DNA of 64,000 bases from a virus: IMG/VR virus record IMGVR_UViG_3300046168_000072, positions 1 to 64,000 of that record, one strand, 5' to 3'. The translations under genes were made by a program, and so were the position numbers. Every line of letters starts with the position of its first letter. The stretch's first letter is position 1. Shown one piece after another: positions 32,140 to 43,178 of the stretch. The notes under the pieces are model-generated. The model had not been told where the DNA came from. It ran no database searches and was given only the letters and a program-made list of their open reading frames with translations.

Positions 32140-32652
32140 CTACTCAGATTCTTGAGTATCAACTTTTTTCCAAACATGATGTCTGCATTTTTTGAGTGCA
32201 TCAGAAATTCTTACATGAAAAATAGCTTCTCTTGTTTTATTCCTTCGGTATAATCTATTGTGCGCTGACCAACTATCTTTTACAAAAGGCAAGTCCCATC
32301 TAGCGATGTTATTTGCTTGTATCCAATTTCTGAAATCATCTTTTTGAATCAAAACAAAATCATTTTTACGTTCGTATACGATAAATGTGCATTTTTTATA
32401 TAGCCATCCATCTTTACCATACTTATCTTTCGCTTCGACCCAACCATATACGTGTTTTCGTCTTTTACTTGTTTTGATAATAGTCTTTTTAATGGCAAGA
32501 GCAAAGGCATTCTTGGGATTGTCAGGCTTCCATATCACAAGATCAATATCTTCAGTTTTTTCTTTAGCGGTTGAACTACGATATTTAAATCCATTCTTTT
32601 CTAGACAATTAATAAAAAAAATGAAGGCGTTGTTATTTTCGCGCTGTGCCAT
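32140..32652 (-). CDS. PD-(D/E)xK-like protein, paralogue of 17714..18307
   Basis: EDIDL...WVEAKDKYGKDGWLY..FIVYE. Confidence 0.55.
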   Translation of the reverse strand: MAQRENNNAFIFFINCLEKNGFKYRSSTAKEKTEDIDLVIWKPDNPKNAFALAIKKTIIKTSKRRKHVYGWVEAKDKYGKDGWLYKKCTFIVYERKNDFVLIQKDDFRNWIQANNIARWDLPFVKDSWSAHNRLYRRNKTREAIFHVRISDALKKCRHHVWKKVDTQESE

Positions 32653-32872
32653 AATTATATATGGTACACTAAATTATCTAATTTTGTTAGGTTTTTGAGT
32701 CTTCGTGACAGACACTCTTTTAACATCATTAGGATCGTACTCTTTTAATACTGATCGTAATTTTTCAGCTCGAATTTCTGCATCAGAAATACTTGTATAA
32801 TTTGTATCTTCGATACGGCGTTTATTTCTAGTCACAACATAAAATGTTTGAGATTGCTTTGTGCTTGTCATG

Positions 32873-33298
32873 TCATATATTATATGGCGAGACCAAGCTT
32901 TCTTCTAGTAATTGTTCAGAAATACTTTTATATCCAACCCAAGGTTTTGCATTTGGTTGATTATTATATAAGTCACGAGCATAAATATATTTTATATCGC
33001 CTAGGATTCTGCCATATTTTCCTTTTCTATCAAGAAAAGTTTTAATTAAAAGACCTTCTGGTTGAGAACTTCCATGCTTAAGCAATTCAATCAATCGTTT
33101 TTTTGCAACCAACCCCTTTTGTTTTTCTTTTATTCTTTTTTGCTTGTCTTTGATTGAGCTTTGCAATCTAGTTTCTGGAGCATTTATGCCGTAAAGCCTA
33201 ACACGCTCTTTTAGGGACACTCCAAAGCCGAGATCGATAATACCATCAACAGTATCTCCGTCAATCACTCTAGTAAAAGTAAAATGATATTGATGCAT
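32873..33298 (-). CDS. Thermonuclease (SNase-like)
   Basis: RVIDGDTVD, RVRLYGINAPE and GKYGRILG. Confidence 0.9.
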   Translation of the reverse strand: MHQYHFTFTRVIDGDTVDGIIDLGFGVSLKERVRLYGINAPETRLQSSIKDKQKRIKEKQKGLVAKKRLIELLKHGSSQPEGLLIKTFLDRKGKYGRILGDIKYIYARDLYNNQPNAKPWVGYKSISEQLLEESLVSPYNI

Positions 33299-33882
33299 TA
33301 ACGTTTATAAAGAGCGTTAAAAATTGACTCTGATTTTTTTCTTAGAGAATCTCTAGATTTTTGCTCGGCTTCTCGCAAAGCTTGCTCAGCCATTTCTTTT
33401 TCGGTTAATTGCTGTTGGGCATTATCTTTTTCACGCTTTAATTTTTCTAGCTCAAGAATTTTAGCTTGTTTCTTTTCGGCGTCTGCTTTTTCTTGTTCTG
33501 GAGTGCCTTTTGCGACAATTAAAAATAAGACTTTTTGTGTTGGATCTGAGTTGATAAGATCTTCAGAATACTCAATTAGATCAAGCCATTGTTGCTTATC
33601 AACCTCTACATAGTAATCGCTGCTTTTAATTTCATCGGGCAACGAGCTGCTAGTAATTAAAGCATAATCGAGACTCAATTCACTTCCTCCAATATAATCT
33701 GACTAGCCAATTTCCATCGGCCCCGCATGTAAGTTTTTTGTATACAGATGCGCCAATAGGCAGCTGACTTAAAGCTTCAGCATAAGCTGAAGCTTTAGTA
33801 ACGCCAGAGCCTATAGCGGAGCCAAATATGTTAGCGCAAAGAGCTTGCCCTAAAAACAAAGATAGCACCAAGAGCAGTTTCA

Positions 33883-34200
33883 TTATTGCAAACTTTCTGG
33901 CAAATCTTCGTCAACTACAGGAGCAGAAGATGCTACAGGATCGCCATCCAAGATTTCGTCTGACTGCTCTTCTTTTTTGCTTTCTTGATAAACAATAAAA
34001 TCAGGAGCTTTTTCATTTTTCTGCTTACCCTTGTTGGTAAATACAACAACCCTGATTTCTTGCTCAGTCCCAAACTCACCAAACTTTAAGATGCCAGAAA
34101 GGTATTTTTGGCTTTTGCCATCTCGTCTCCAAAGAGCGCCGAGCTCGCGTTTCTTCCAATCGCTTTGTTGCGATGTAACAGTATCATTATTATCATTCAT
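33883..34200 (-). CDS. DUF736-like protein with acidic tail; candidate ssDNA-binding protein
   Basis: ELGALW..QKYLSG..NEKAPDF; acidic C-terminus DEDLPESLQ. Confidence 0.55.
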   Translation of the reverse strand: MNDNNDTVTSQQSDWKKRELGALWRRDGKSQKYLSGILKFGEFGTEQEIRVVVFTNKGKQKNEKAPDFIVYQESKKEEQSDEILDGDPVASSAPVVDEDLPESLQ

Positions 34201-34392
34201 AATTGTTTATTAATCATTATTATACATATTTGACAATTTGTCAAGGAAAATTCTTCGCGCACCAGAACTCAAAGCTAAGTATTGCTTTTTAAGCTTTTTA
34301 AAAACGCGTCTTTGGGCAGGATCACCGCTTTCATAATTTATAATTCTTTTAATTTCTTTAGAGATTTTTTGATTCATAGTGTAAAAAATATA

Positions 34393-34701
34393 GTGAATGT
34401 AATAATAGAGGCTTATCTATCTGAACCTCCAAGCTCGATACATTGCTTTAGGGATGTTACATTATATGCAAATTGCATGATAAATAAAACTGTTTTAGTT
34501 GAATGTGAGAAATTTGAAAAAGACATGTATTACAAGTGGTTAAAATCTTTTGGCGCTTATGACTTTGTAGAAGATATAGTGTCTACCAACAGAGAGCAGG
34601 GATTTAAGATAGGATTAAATAAAGGAAATATTGCTGTAGACAGAATAAACGAAGTTAATTTAAACGAGATCATAACAAAATTAAAAATTTTAGATAGATA
34701 A
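34393..34701 (+). CDS. Hypothetical protein
   Basis: GTGTA-N9-GTG start in frame with ORF 34282..34701. Confidence 0.55.
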   Translation: MNVIIEAYLSEPPSSIHCFRDVTLYANCMINKTVLVECEKFEKDMYYKWLKSFGAYDFVEDIVSTNREQGFKIGLNKGNIAVDRINEVNLNEIITKLKILDR

Positions 34702-35107
34702 GTGGGCGTCGATCATATCGTAAACATTATCATTATGTTCTCCAATAATTGGGTTACCATATCGATCTTTAATAACGTTATAAAAATGTTTTTCAACAAT
34801 TACAATCTTAGCGGCTTTTGTGTAAATGTCTTCACCGAATTTATCGATAAAAGCGGATCGAAGGCCATTTAAAACTTCATTATGATCTTGATTAAATGCG
34901 AATTCAAAATCTAAATCGTCAGATGATATTAAAATTAGCATTTTTCTTTGTTTTCGGTTGATTTATGAATGCAATAAGCTATAAACATGCATAGCGTAAC
35001 AAAATAAAGAGAGCTTTCGTACTGTGCTAGTGCGAGCATAAAAGAAAAAGACACGATAGGTAAAATCATAAACGAAGTATAGAATATTTATAATAATTTG
35101 TCAAGCA

Positions 35108-35644
35108 TTATCTGTATTCTTTTCTCAAAAGCCTCCAACGATCCGAATCAATTGGCTTGTCTCCACTATCAATAGCATATAGCATTTGAATTACTTCTTC
35201 AAGACTATTATAAATAAATTTGTGAGGCAGCATTCCAAGCATCCATAAAGGAGTCTTAGCTTTTCCACCTTCCATGCTAATAAAAACAGGCTTTTTCATA
35301 CGTACTGCAGTTACAATTTCTTCTGCGCTCCCCCAAGATGCAACATCTGGAACTAAATGAGCAATAATAAAATCACTACGATCAACTAAATTTAAGTCAT
35401 ATGAGCGCACTGTTTTCATTTTATCAGTTACTCGATCATACTGCTTGGTCTTCATCCAAGTTTCCATTTCTTGACGAGAGGCTTCATCCTCTTCCACGTC
35501 TTTTATGAATGGCTTTTCGTATGGATTAAAACAAGTAACCTCAAGCGGCGCAAGTTTTTCAGTCACTTCTTTCCTCCAATCTCTGCCACTAAGATATTGC
35601 ATGTGGCCAACTAAATATGTTCGAGTTTTATATAATAAATTCAT
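35108..35644 (-). CDS. Nucleoside 2-deoxyribosyltransferase / dNMP N-glycosidase-like
   Basis: TYLVGHM..DWR..FNP..DLNLVDRSDFIIA..WGSAEE. Confidence 0.8.
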   Translation of the reverse strand: MNLLYKTRTYLVGHMQYLSGRDWRKEVTEKLAPLEVTCFNPYEKPFIKDVEEDEASRQEMETWMKTKQYDRVTDKMKTVRSYDLNLVDRSDFIIAHLVPDVASWGSAEEIVTAVRMKKPVFISMEGGKAKTPLWMLGMLPHKFIYNSLEEVIQMLYAIDSGDKPIDSDRWRLLRKEYR

Positions 35645-35650
35645 ACTACT

Positions 35651-35679
35651 AACGTAGCATAAAGCCTATCAACTGTCAA
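35651..35679 (-). promoter_or_regulatory. sigma70-type promoter, leaderless geometry
   Basis: TTGACA (contains the clpC TGA stop)-N17-TACGTT-N6-ATG. Confidence 0.7.
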
Positions 35680-38144
35680 GAAAATTTAAAAATTATTTCT
35701 GTTTTTGGCTTGAGGACTTTAATTGATTTAAAAGAATCTCTGCCAGCTTCTAAGATTTTTTCTGACAACGGGTTGGTAATTTTTTCCTCTATGACTCTAG
35801 GTATAGGTCTTGCCCCATCTTTAAGCGCCAAACATTCTTTTGATATTAAATCTTTGACAGGCTGACTAATAGATAAACGAATGCCTTGATCTTTAAGTCT
35901 AGATATTAATTCATGCAAATGTAGGTTAACAATCTTGCCGTAATTATCATCATCAAATGTTTTAAAAATTATGATTTCATCTAATCTATTAAGGAACTCT
36001 GGACTTAAAGCTTTCAACGCTTCTTTTTTAACTCGATCTTTAATTTCTTGTTCTTGATATTGTTGTGAAGCCGCCGCAAAACCAACTCCAACATTTCCCT
36101 GTGCTATTTTAGAGCCTATATTGCCAGTAATAAAAATTACGCAATTTTTAAAATCAATGTCTCTACCCATGTTATCTTGAATCTTGCCCTCGTCTAAAAT
36201 TTGCAAAAGTGTTTGAGTAACATTTCCATGCGCTTTTTCTATCTCATCAAACAATATAACGCTATAAGGCTTTTTACGCACCTGCTCTGTTAGTTGGCCT
36301 GACTTTTCATAACCAACATAACCTGGAGCTGCGCCAATCAATTTTGAACCAGTAAAACTATCGCTGTATTCACTCATGTTAATGTTAATAAAATTTTCTT
36401 TGCTACCGAATAATTTTTCGGCAACTATTTTCGCTGTGTGAGTTTTCCCTACTCCAGACTGACCAAGCAATAAGAAACTACCAATTGGTTTATTTTCGTT
36501 TTTTAACCCAGCTTTATTTCTGATTAAGGCTTTGGCTATAGCTGAAATAGCTTCTTCTTGACCTATAACAATTTTATTAATCTCTGATTCAAGATTTAAG
36601 AATTGCTTTTCAGAAGTTTCGGAAATTTTATCAACTGGAACATTAAGTTTTTTTGATAATATAAAATATATATCTTCTTTTGTAACTGTAAAATTTTTCT
36701 TCTGATTACTATCGCTCCATCTTTTAAGTATTTTTTTATAATCTTTGAATAAAATATCTTGTCTTGTAGATAAATCAGCTTTCGCTGCTACAGAAACACA
36801 TTGATCCTCTTCTTTCATTAAATGCTCAAGTTCTGCTTCTATCTCTAGCGCTTTTTTAGGCCTTTTAAAATTAGCGATCTTGACTTTTGAACCAGCTTGA
36901 TCCATAATATCTATGGCTTTATCAGGCAAATGTCTATCGTGAATATACTTCATAGACAAACTAACACATAAATCCAAAGCATCATCGTCATATTTTACAT
37001 TGTGAAACCCTTCGTAATTATCGACTATGCCCTTTAGAATTTTTTTACAATCTTTTGCGCTTGGCTCACTAACATTAACAGGTTGAAACCTTCTTGCTAA
37101 AGCTCCGTCTTTTTCGATATGCTGTTTGAATTCATTAAGAGTAGTAGCTCCGATGCATCTAATTTCACCTCTTGCAAGCATAGGTTTTAAAATATTAGCA
37201 GCGTCCATACTGCCTTCTGCCGCGCCTGCTCCAACTAAAGTATGAATTTCATCAATAAATAAAATAAGTTTAGGCAATTCCTTTAATTCATTAATTAAAT
37301 TTTTTAATCTTTCTTCAAACTGACCACGATATTTTGTTCCAGCGATCATGGCCGCTAAATCAAGGCCGAAAATATTATGACCTAGCAAATATTCTGAGCA
37401 TTCAGACTTTATAATGGATAAGGCAAGTCCTTCGACTAAAGCAGTTTTACCAATTCCAGGATCGCCTAAAATAATTGGATTGTTTTTAGTTTTACGACAT
37501 AAAATTTCAGTTAACTGATCTAAACTTTCTTGGCGACATATGACTTTACTAAATTTACCTTGAGCTGCTAATTCATTATAGTTAATAGCATAGGATTCTA
37601 AAGCTGTTTTTTTTGATGGTTTAGTCGATATTTGAGGAGCGTCATTAACTTCGCGATCATTAGTAGATGTTTTTTCAGCTTCAAGAGAGGTAAAAATCTG
37701 ACTAGACTCGAGCAAATAAGTTTTTATAGCTATAGACAAAGACTGTTTATTGATACCAGCATCTATAAAGAAATTTTTTGTTTTAGGCGAATTATATTGA
37801 ATAATAGCAATCAGCAAGTGTTCTGTACCAACATAAGATTGCTGTAAAGAATCTGCTGATTTATAAGCAATCCCTAAAATAGCTTTAAAGTCTTTGGTGA
37901 AAGGGATATTTTGTTTTTTTGATCTTCCAATTGGCATATTTTTCTCAATGTGCTCACGAAAAAAATCAATGTCATAACCGCTAAGATCAAATATTTCCCT
38001 TAGTAAACCACGGCTTTGAGAGACTAGCCCTAATAATAAATGCTCTACATCTACTTTAGAACACTTAAAGTCTATTGCAAGTGTGCGCGCTTTCTTGAGA
38101 GCGTCTTGAGCTCTTGGGGTGAAATTTGGAGTTGATTCCATCAT
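35676..38144 (-). CDS. clpC: ClpC/ClpA-type AAA+ unfoldase
   Basis: Clp-N repeats (EHLLLG, GTEHLL), two Walker A motifs (GDPGIGKT, GQSGVGKT), GYVGYE pore loop, VGF ClpP-docking loop. Confidence 0.92.
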   Translation of the reverse strand: MMESTPNFTPRAQDALKKARTLAIDFKCSKVDVEHLLLGLVSQSRGLLREIFDLSGYDIDFFREHIEKNMPIGRSKKQNIPFTKDFKAILGIAYKSADSLQQSYVGTEHLLIAIIQYNSPKTKNFFIDAGINKQSLSIAIKTYLLESSQIFTSLEAEKTSTNDREVNDAPQISTKPSKKTALESYAINYNELAAQGKFSKVICRQESLDQLTEILCRKTKNNPIILGDPGIGKTALVEGLALSIIKSECSEYLLGHNIFGLDLAAMIAGTKYRGQFEERLKNLINELKELPKLILFIDEIHTLVGAGAAEGSMDAANILKPMLARGEIRCIGATTLNEFKQHIEKDGALARRFQPVNVSEPSAKDCKKILKGIVDNYEGFHNVKYDDDALDLCVSLSMKYIHDRHLPDKAIDIMDQAGSKVKIANFKRPKKALEIEAELEHLMKEEDQCVSVAAKADLSTRQDILFKDYKKILKRWSDSNQKKNFTVTKEDIYFILSKKLNVPVDKISETSEKQFLNLESEINKIVIGQEEAISAIAKALIRNKAGLKNENKPIGSFLLLGQSGVGKTHTAKIVAEKLFGSKENFININMSEYSDSFTGSKLIGAAPGYVGYEKSGQLTEQVRKKPYSVILFDEIEKAHGNVTQTLLQILDEGKIQDNMGRDIDFKNCVIFITGNIGSKIAQGNVGVGFAAASQQYQEQEIKDRVKKEALKALSPEFLNRLDEIIIFKTFDDDNYGKIVNLHLHELISRLKDQGIRLSISQPVKDLISKECLALKDGARPIPRVIEEKITNPLSEKILEAGRDSFKSIKVLKPKTEIIFKFS

Positions 38145-38157
38145 ATATTATTACACA

Positions 38158-40749
38158 TTATTCAGATTTAATATCACTAAGCTTCATATAAATTTTTTCA
38201 TCCATTATACTAAAGGAGTCAACGAATAAAATATCTTCCCCTTTGCTTCCGCGAAAAATTACAATACTATCTTTGGATAATCCTTTTGGATTTTTTTCAT
38301 TAAATTTAGAAAGGACTTCTACGCGATGCCAATTGCCGTTTTCACCCCTTGTATTTCTATCCATCAGCATGATTGGGTATTCTCCTACCTCATCTTTAAT
38401 CATTATTTTTAAATAATTATTACCATTTCTACTAGTACCTTTTATAAAATCAGATACCACCCCAATAAAACGGTTATAACTATCGCGCTCAAGATTTTTA
38501 AAATCAAATGAATCTCCAAACTTTTGATTATTTTCAGAGAAAACATCTTTTAATGCAATCGTGGGGCTATAGCCTAACAATTTAGTTTCAAAATACCAAT
38601 TAGCAAATTTCTCATACTTTTTATTTTTATCATAGATCTGCTTATAGAGATCATATTTTTTACGAAAAGTAGCAAAACGACTTTCTTTCATTAAAGGTTT
38701 GCCATCATCAGCAATCAATTGATCTTGAACTACAGCCTGTATTGTATTAAGAACATCCCAATTGTATTTTGGGCCTAAAGCTTCAAAGTTTCTTTTTTCG
38801 CGATCAGTTAAAACGTTAAACGATTGAGCTTCAAGCACCAACCTTGACCGACTCTTTTTGTGGTCTGATAAGGCGCCAGCTTGTATTAATGCTGAAAGGA
38901 TTCCTATATTTAGCCCAGCCTCTTTAGCAGAAAGAAAGATATCATACTTGTTTGGGTTTTCACTATTACGAAAATCTTTTAACGCTTGCAATGATTTTTC
39001 ACTGACTCCTTTGATACTGTTTAAACCAAAACGAATATCATCACCTTCAATTTTAAAATCCATATCAGACTTTGCCAAATCAGGAGGCAATAATTCAATA
39101 CCGAAGAATGACAACTCCTGACATACTTTACTAATTTCTTCATGAGGAGACGGTTCGTACTTCGCCATCTTTAATAAAGACATAAAAAATTGCTGAGGAT
39201 ATTTGAATTTAAGATAAGCAGTCCAAGCTGCAAGATTAGCATACGCAAGGCTGTGTGATTTATTAAATGAGTAATTTGCACTATCTTCAGCAACCCTCCA
39301 TAAAATGTCACCAACTGAAGAATCTAATTTATTCTCCTCGATTTTGTTTTCGATTTTTTCTTTCCAAGCTGGCATTTGATCAATTTTTTTCTTACCGACA
39401 ATTCGCCTTAACTGTTCAGCTTCATCAAGAGTAAATCCTATTTTTACAGCCATTTTCATCAACTGCTCTTGGTAAAGTGGTATCCCGCCCGTATAAGATA
39501 GTACTTCATCAAAAACTTGGTGCTGACTTTGGAATTCGCCTGTCTTTGAGTACGTTGAATATTGATCTAAAAATTCTAATGCACCTGGCCTTGCAATCGC
39601 AACAACAGCACTTAATTCCTCAAGATTCTTAGGTTTGATCTTTTTACAAACATTAAAGTTAGTATAAGCTTCGATTTGAAAAAGTCCTTGAGGCTGCTCT
39701 AAATTTTTAAACGCTTCATATATCTTAGGGTCATCTGGGTCAATCGATGCAATATCTAAATTTAGTTGCTTACATACATCATAAACCACGCTTAATGTTC
39801 GTAAACCAAGGATATCAAACTTTACCATCAGTTCTGCCACCCAATTCATGTCATAGCCACTTACCAGCGCACCTTCATTAGTAAGTTGCACAGGACATAT
39901 ATCTTCAAGTTTTTGAAAAGAAATAGCAATACCTGAAGGATGCACACCTGTATTTTTATTTAAACCTTCAAGCTTGCGAGCAATGTTAAACACTTCTTTA
40001 TTGTCGTTAACCCAACGCTCAAAAACCTCGCTTTCTTGATAAGCCTCAATCAAGGGAGCTACTTTACCAAACCGTTTTGGAATAGTATCGCTGACTATAT
40101 TAACTTCTTGTTCGGAATAATTCCCTGCGATCTTACCGCACTCCTTGATGCATAGTTTACCGCTAAGAGTATTTAAAGTTAAAATTTTTGCAGTCCTGCC
40201 AGGATATTTATTTTCGATATATTGAATGACTTCTTGTCTTCGCTCATAAGAAATATCATTATCAACATCAGCTAAAAGACTTCCATCTAAATATGTCACT
40301 CCATCTTTTTCTATTTTTCGAGCTCTACTTTTAGAAACAAACCTTTCGAAGAAAAGTTCATACTTAACAGGGTCAACTTTAGTGACGTTGATCAAATATA
40401 AAATTAAAGAGCCTGCCGCCGAACCTCTACCTGGCCCAGTAGGAATATCATTTTCATGACAAAAATTAAGGACGTCCCAATTCAAAAGAATGTAATCAAC
40501 GAAACCAAGCTTATTTAGGATATCAAGCTCCATCCTAGCTCGTTCAAGATACTCATCTTTTTTAGGATCTTCATGAAGACCTTTCTCTTTCATGCCATTC
40601 CAGCATAATCTTTTAAGGAAATCAAAGTTAGAAATGTCAGATGAAATGTCTAATTCTTTGTAATACCTAGCTTCAATATCAATTTCTGGCAAACGAACTC
40701 CAGGCGGACAGACATCTTCGTACTTTATGCAATTATTTACAAAACTCAT
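38158..40749 (-). CDS. dnaE: DNA polymerase III alpha catalytic part (family C), lacking the N-terminal PHP domain
   Basis: GPGRGSAAGSL, FERF, DVDND, KFDILGL, YQEQ, YSFNKSH and C-terminal OB fold. Confidence 0.95.
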   Translation of the reverse strand: MSFVNNCIKYEDVCPPGVRLPEIDIEARYYKELDISSDISNFDFLKRLCWNGMKEKGLHEDPKKDEYLERARMELDILNKLGFVDYILLNWDVLNFCHENDIPTGPGRGSAAGSLILYLINVTKVDPVKYELFFERFVSKSRARKIEKDGVTYLDGSLLADVDNDISYERRQEVIQYIENKYPGRTAKILTLNTLSGKLCIKECGKIAGNYSEQEVNIVSDTIPKRFGKVAPLIEAYQESEVFERWVNDNKEVFNIARKLEGLNKNTGVHPSGIAISFQKLEDICPVQLTNEGALVSGYDMNWVAELMVKFDILGLRTLSVVYDVCKQLNLDIASIDPDDPKIYEAFKNLEQPQGLFQIEAYTNFNVCKKIKPKNLEELSAVVAIARPGALEFLDQYSTYSKTGEFQSQHQVFDEVLSYTGGIPLYQEQLMKMAVKIGFTLDEAEQLRRIVGKKKIDQMPAWKEKIENKIEENKLDSSVGDILWRVAEDSANYSFNKSHSLAYANLAAWTAYLKFKYPQQFFMSLLKMAKYEPSPHEEISKVCQELSFFGIELLPPDLAKSDMDFKIEGDDIRFGLNSIKGVSEKSLQALKDFRNSENPNKYDIFLSAKEAGLNIGILSALIQAGALSDHKKSRSRLVLEAQSFNVLTDREKRNFEALGPKYNWDVLNTIQAVVQDQLIADDGKPLMKESRFATFRKKYDLYKQIYDKNKKYEKFANWYFETKLLGYSPTIALKDVFSENNQKFGDSFDFKNLERDSYNRFIGVVSDFIKGTSRNGNNYLKIMIKDEVGEYPIMLMDRNTRGENGNWHRVEVLSKFNEKNPKGLSKDSIVIFRGSKGEDILFVDSFSIMDEKIYMKLSDIKSE

Positions 40750-41387
40750 ATTTCAATATTCCAAATCAATTTCTTAAATACTTCATAGTTTTTTTCGATA
40801 TCATATAATGCATCATGAAGTTTTGCGGCATTAAATCGAATGTCATATTTTTTACACAAATCAATTAACTTATTTTTTCCTTTTGAACGCTTCAATGATA
40901 GTATTTTATATTGCCATTGTAATAAATTATCACTAGATTGTAAAGCAATATTTTCATTAATTGCACGAGATAAAGATAGAGTATCGATTAACTGACTTAA
41001 GTAACTGTAATCTGGTTTTTGATTAAGAAGTCGGCGGCAGATTCCATGCATGTAAACATCAAAGCCTAATATATTATGACCGACCTTTAGGTATTCTGGG
41101 TCATATAAATACTTTTCAAAATGTTGGATTGGCTGAAGAGGATCAACTGCTTTTTCATCATGTTTCTTTTGTGTCCAACCCGTGACTTTTGCAGCTCCTT
41201 CTGAAACTTTTAAGTCATCCCATTTTAGCCAATAATCTTTCTTCTCGATTATACGATCATCGTTGATCACAATGAAAGCTAACTGCCAAGGCTTGTTTCT
41301 TAGCGAGCCTAAATTAAGACCACAAGTCTCAAAATCAAAAAATACATACTTCTGTTGTTTGTTAAATCTTAATAAATTTTTTCTCAT
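40746..41387 (-). CDS. DEDDh 3'-5' exonuclease (DnaQ/epsilon-like)
   Basis: FDFETCG, GHNILGFD and LHDALYD. Confidence 0.9.
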   Translation of the reverse strand: MRKNLLRFNKQQKYVFFDFETCGLNLGSLRNKPWQLAFIVINDDRIIEKKDYWLKWDDLKVSEGAAKVTGWTQKKHDEKAVDPLQPIQHFEKYLYDPEYLKVGHNILGFDVYMHGICRRLLNQKPDYSYLSQLIDTLSLSRAINENIALQSSDNLLQWQYKILSLKRSKGKNKLIDLCKKYDIRFNAAKLHDALYDIEKNYEVFKKLIWNIEI

Positions 41388-42352
41388 ATTTGAAAATGTT
41401 TTACATTTTTGAGAGAAGAAAGGTCATTTCCTCCTGCATAACTAATCGCGCTTTGTAGATCTTGCTCTATTTCAATCAATTTTTTCTCGTATGTCATTCC
41501 ATTATTTGCAATATGATTAAGCTTGCCTTCAATGTGTTTTCTATGACCTTTATTTTCATAACTAGCAGAGCCGAAATAAGCTTTATGAAAAGAACCATTG
41601 ATATCAACGGGAAGCGCTGGACTATCCACACAAGACGCGAACAAGCCTCCTGCCATAACCATGTCTGCACCAGCTACTAAAGCCTTAGCGATATCACCAT
41701 TACATGCTATTCCTCCATCTCCAATAATAGGTATTTTTTTACCCGCATCAAAATCATCACGCGAAGCATAGCAATCACCACAATTTTTAACACAAGTAAA
41801 CATTGGAATCGTAAAACCTGTTTTGTCTTTTGTTGTGCAAGGAGAGCCTTGGCCTATTCCGACCTTAATAATATCAGCGCCCCAATTAAATAAATCAACA
41901 ACAGCATCTGGGGTTGCAACATTACCAGCAATAATTATCGCATCAGGTAAATGTCGTTTGATCCAATTTATCATTATCTTCATTCTTAGGGAATGTCCAT
42001 GGGCTATATCGATAGTAAGGTAATCAACTCGATGTTCACGCTTACGAATCTTCTGGATAGCCATTTTATCTTTAGTTTTAACACCAACACTAAATGAAAT
42101 ATTATTCCATTCTTGAGCGTCAGCGACATCCTCAGCTAAATCGCGGTCAAATCGATGCATGATATAAAAATAATTATTCTCACTCATCCATTTCGCAATA
42201 TCAATATTAATAACTGACTTCATATTCGCAGGAATAATTGGGAGTTTGAATTTACAATTAGCTATTCCAATACTAGTATCTGCATCGGAACGGCTATGAC
42301 ACTCGCTATAACGAGGCACAAGACATACATCTGAATATTTATACGCTTTCAT
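41384..42352 (-). CDS. guaC: GMP reductase
   Basis: PANM, YIMHRF, IDIAHGHS, AGNVAT and KVGIGQGSPCTTKDKTGF. Confidence 0.9.
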   Translation of the reverse strand: MKAYKYSDVCLVPRYSECHSRSDADTSIGIANCKFKLPIIPANMKSVINIDIAKWMSENNYFYIMHRFDRDLAEDVADAQEWNNISFSVGVKTKDKMAIQKIRKREHRVDYLTIDIAHGHSLRMKIMINWIKRHLPDAIIIAGNVATPDAVVDLFNWGADIIKVGIGQGSPCTTKDKTGFTIPMFTCVKNCGDCYASRDDFDAGKKIPIIGDGGIACNGDIAKALVAGADMVMAGGLFASCVDSPALPVDINGSFHKAYFGSASYENKGHRKHIEGKLNHIANNGMTYEKKLIEIEQDLQSAISYAGGNDLSSLKNVKHFQI

Positions 42353-43109
42353 AATCTAAATAACTTTCAAAACAAAATTCGGGGCTAGCACAATGATCTA
42401 AATTTGGCATATCTAAGCTTCTCGCTTTGTTGGAAAAACTTCTGTTGCAAATGCATTTATAAGTTTGATACGCTTCAAAGTCTTCTCGCTTTTCGTAATA
42501 AATACTTTTTACTTTTTGCATTTCAAAATCATTAGCTTTGCAATAATTTTTAATTAAATCTTGCAATACAATGTCAAATGGCAATTGATTATCTTCTATG
42601 AGATAAACAGGTTCAAAAAATGAATCATCTAGCATGCATGGCTGTTTATAAGAAAATGAATTATGAAAAAGATAGGAATCATAAAAAGGTATAGCGATTT
42701 TTAAATCCTTATCATTATAAAATGTTTTTAATGTAGCAAAATCTATCTTTCCATTGCCTTCGGTAAAGGCTTTGCTGTAAATTTTATTCAATAATATGCA
42801 GCCGCTAGTATTATTTGCAAATATAACGACCTTATGAATACACATCGGATTTTTCTTGTCAGGAATGATCGACATATCATCACAGACACTCATCCGTAAA
42901 CCAAATACCAACTGTAGCCCCAACGCATCGGATTGTTTTTTAGCTTCAAGAAATCCAATTAAAGAGTCTTCGACTAAAACGACTTTACTAAGCTTGTGCT
43001 TTTTGGCAATATCAAAGACGCTTACTGCGCCCCCATCATCTTCAGAGGGAGAGTTTAATGTTAAGATGCTCTTGCCTATACTATAGTGAGACTTAAATAA
43101 TGGAAGCAT
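42339..43109 (-). CDS. Stand-alone degenerate PHP domain (N-terminal part of split DnaE)
   Basis: FKSHYSIGKSI matches DnaE HxHSxYS; LVFGLRM, HKVVIFA.N..G...L.KIYSKA; most metal ligands lost. Confidence 0.8.
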   Translation of the reverse strand: MLPLFKSHYSIGKSILTLNSPSEDDGGAVSVFDIAKKHKLSKVVLVEDSLIGFLEAKKQSDALGLQLVFGLRMSVCDDMSIIPDKKNPMCIHKVVIFANNTSGCILLNKIYSKAFTEGNGKIDFATLKTFYNDKDLKIAIPFYDSYLFHNSFSYKQPCMLDDSFFEPVYLIEDNQLPFDIVLQDLIKNYCKANDFEMQKVKSIYYEKREDFEAYQTYKCICNRSFSNKARSLDMPNLDHCASPEFCFESYLDYESV

Positions 43110-43115
43110 ACGAAT

Positions 43116-43144
43116 ATACTACCAAAAATGATTGCTAAAGTCAA
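43116..43144 (-). promoter_or_regulatory. sigma70-type promoter, leaderless geometry
   Basis: TTGACT-N17-TAGTAT-N6-ATG(43109). Confidence 0.75.
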
Positions 43145-43178
43145 GATTTAAATCAGAAATCTTGCCTTTGAAGAGGTA

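Noticed and set aside
38158-43109. Intein or intron explaining the split DnaE
   Set aside because: No intein terminal motifs or intron-like non-coding sequence; the intervening DNA is two ordinary intact genes.
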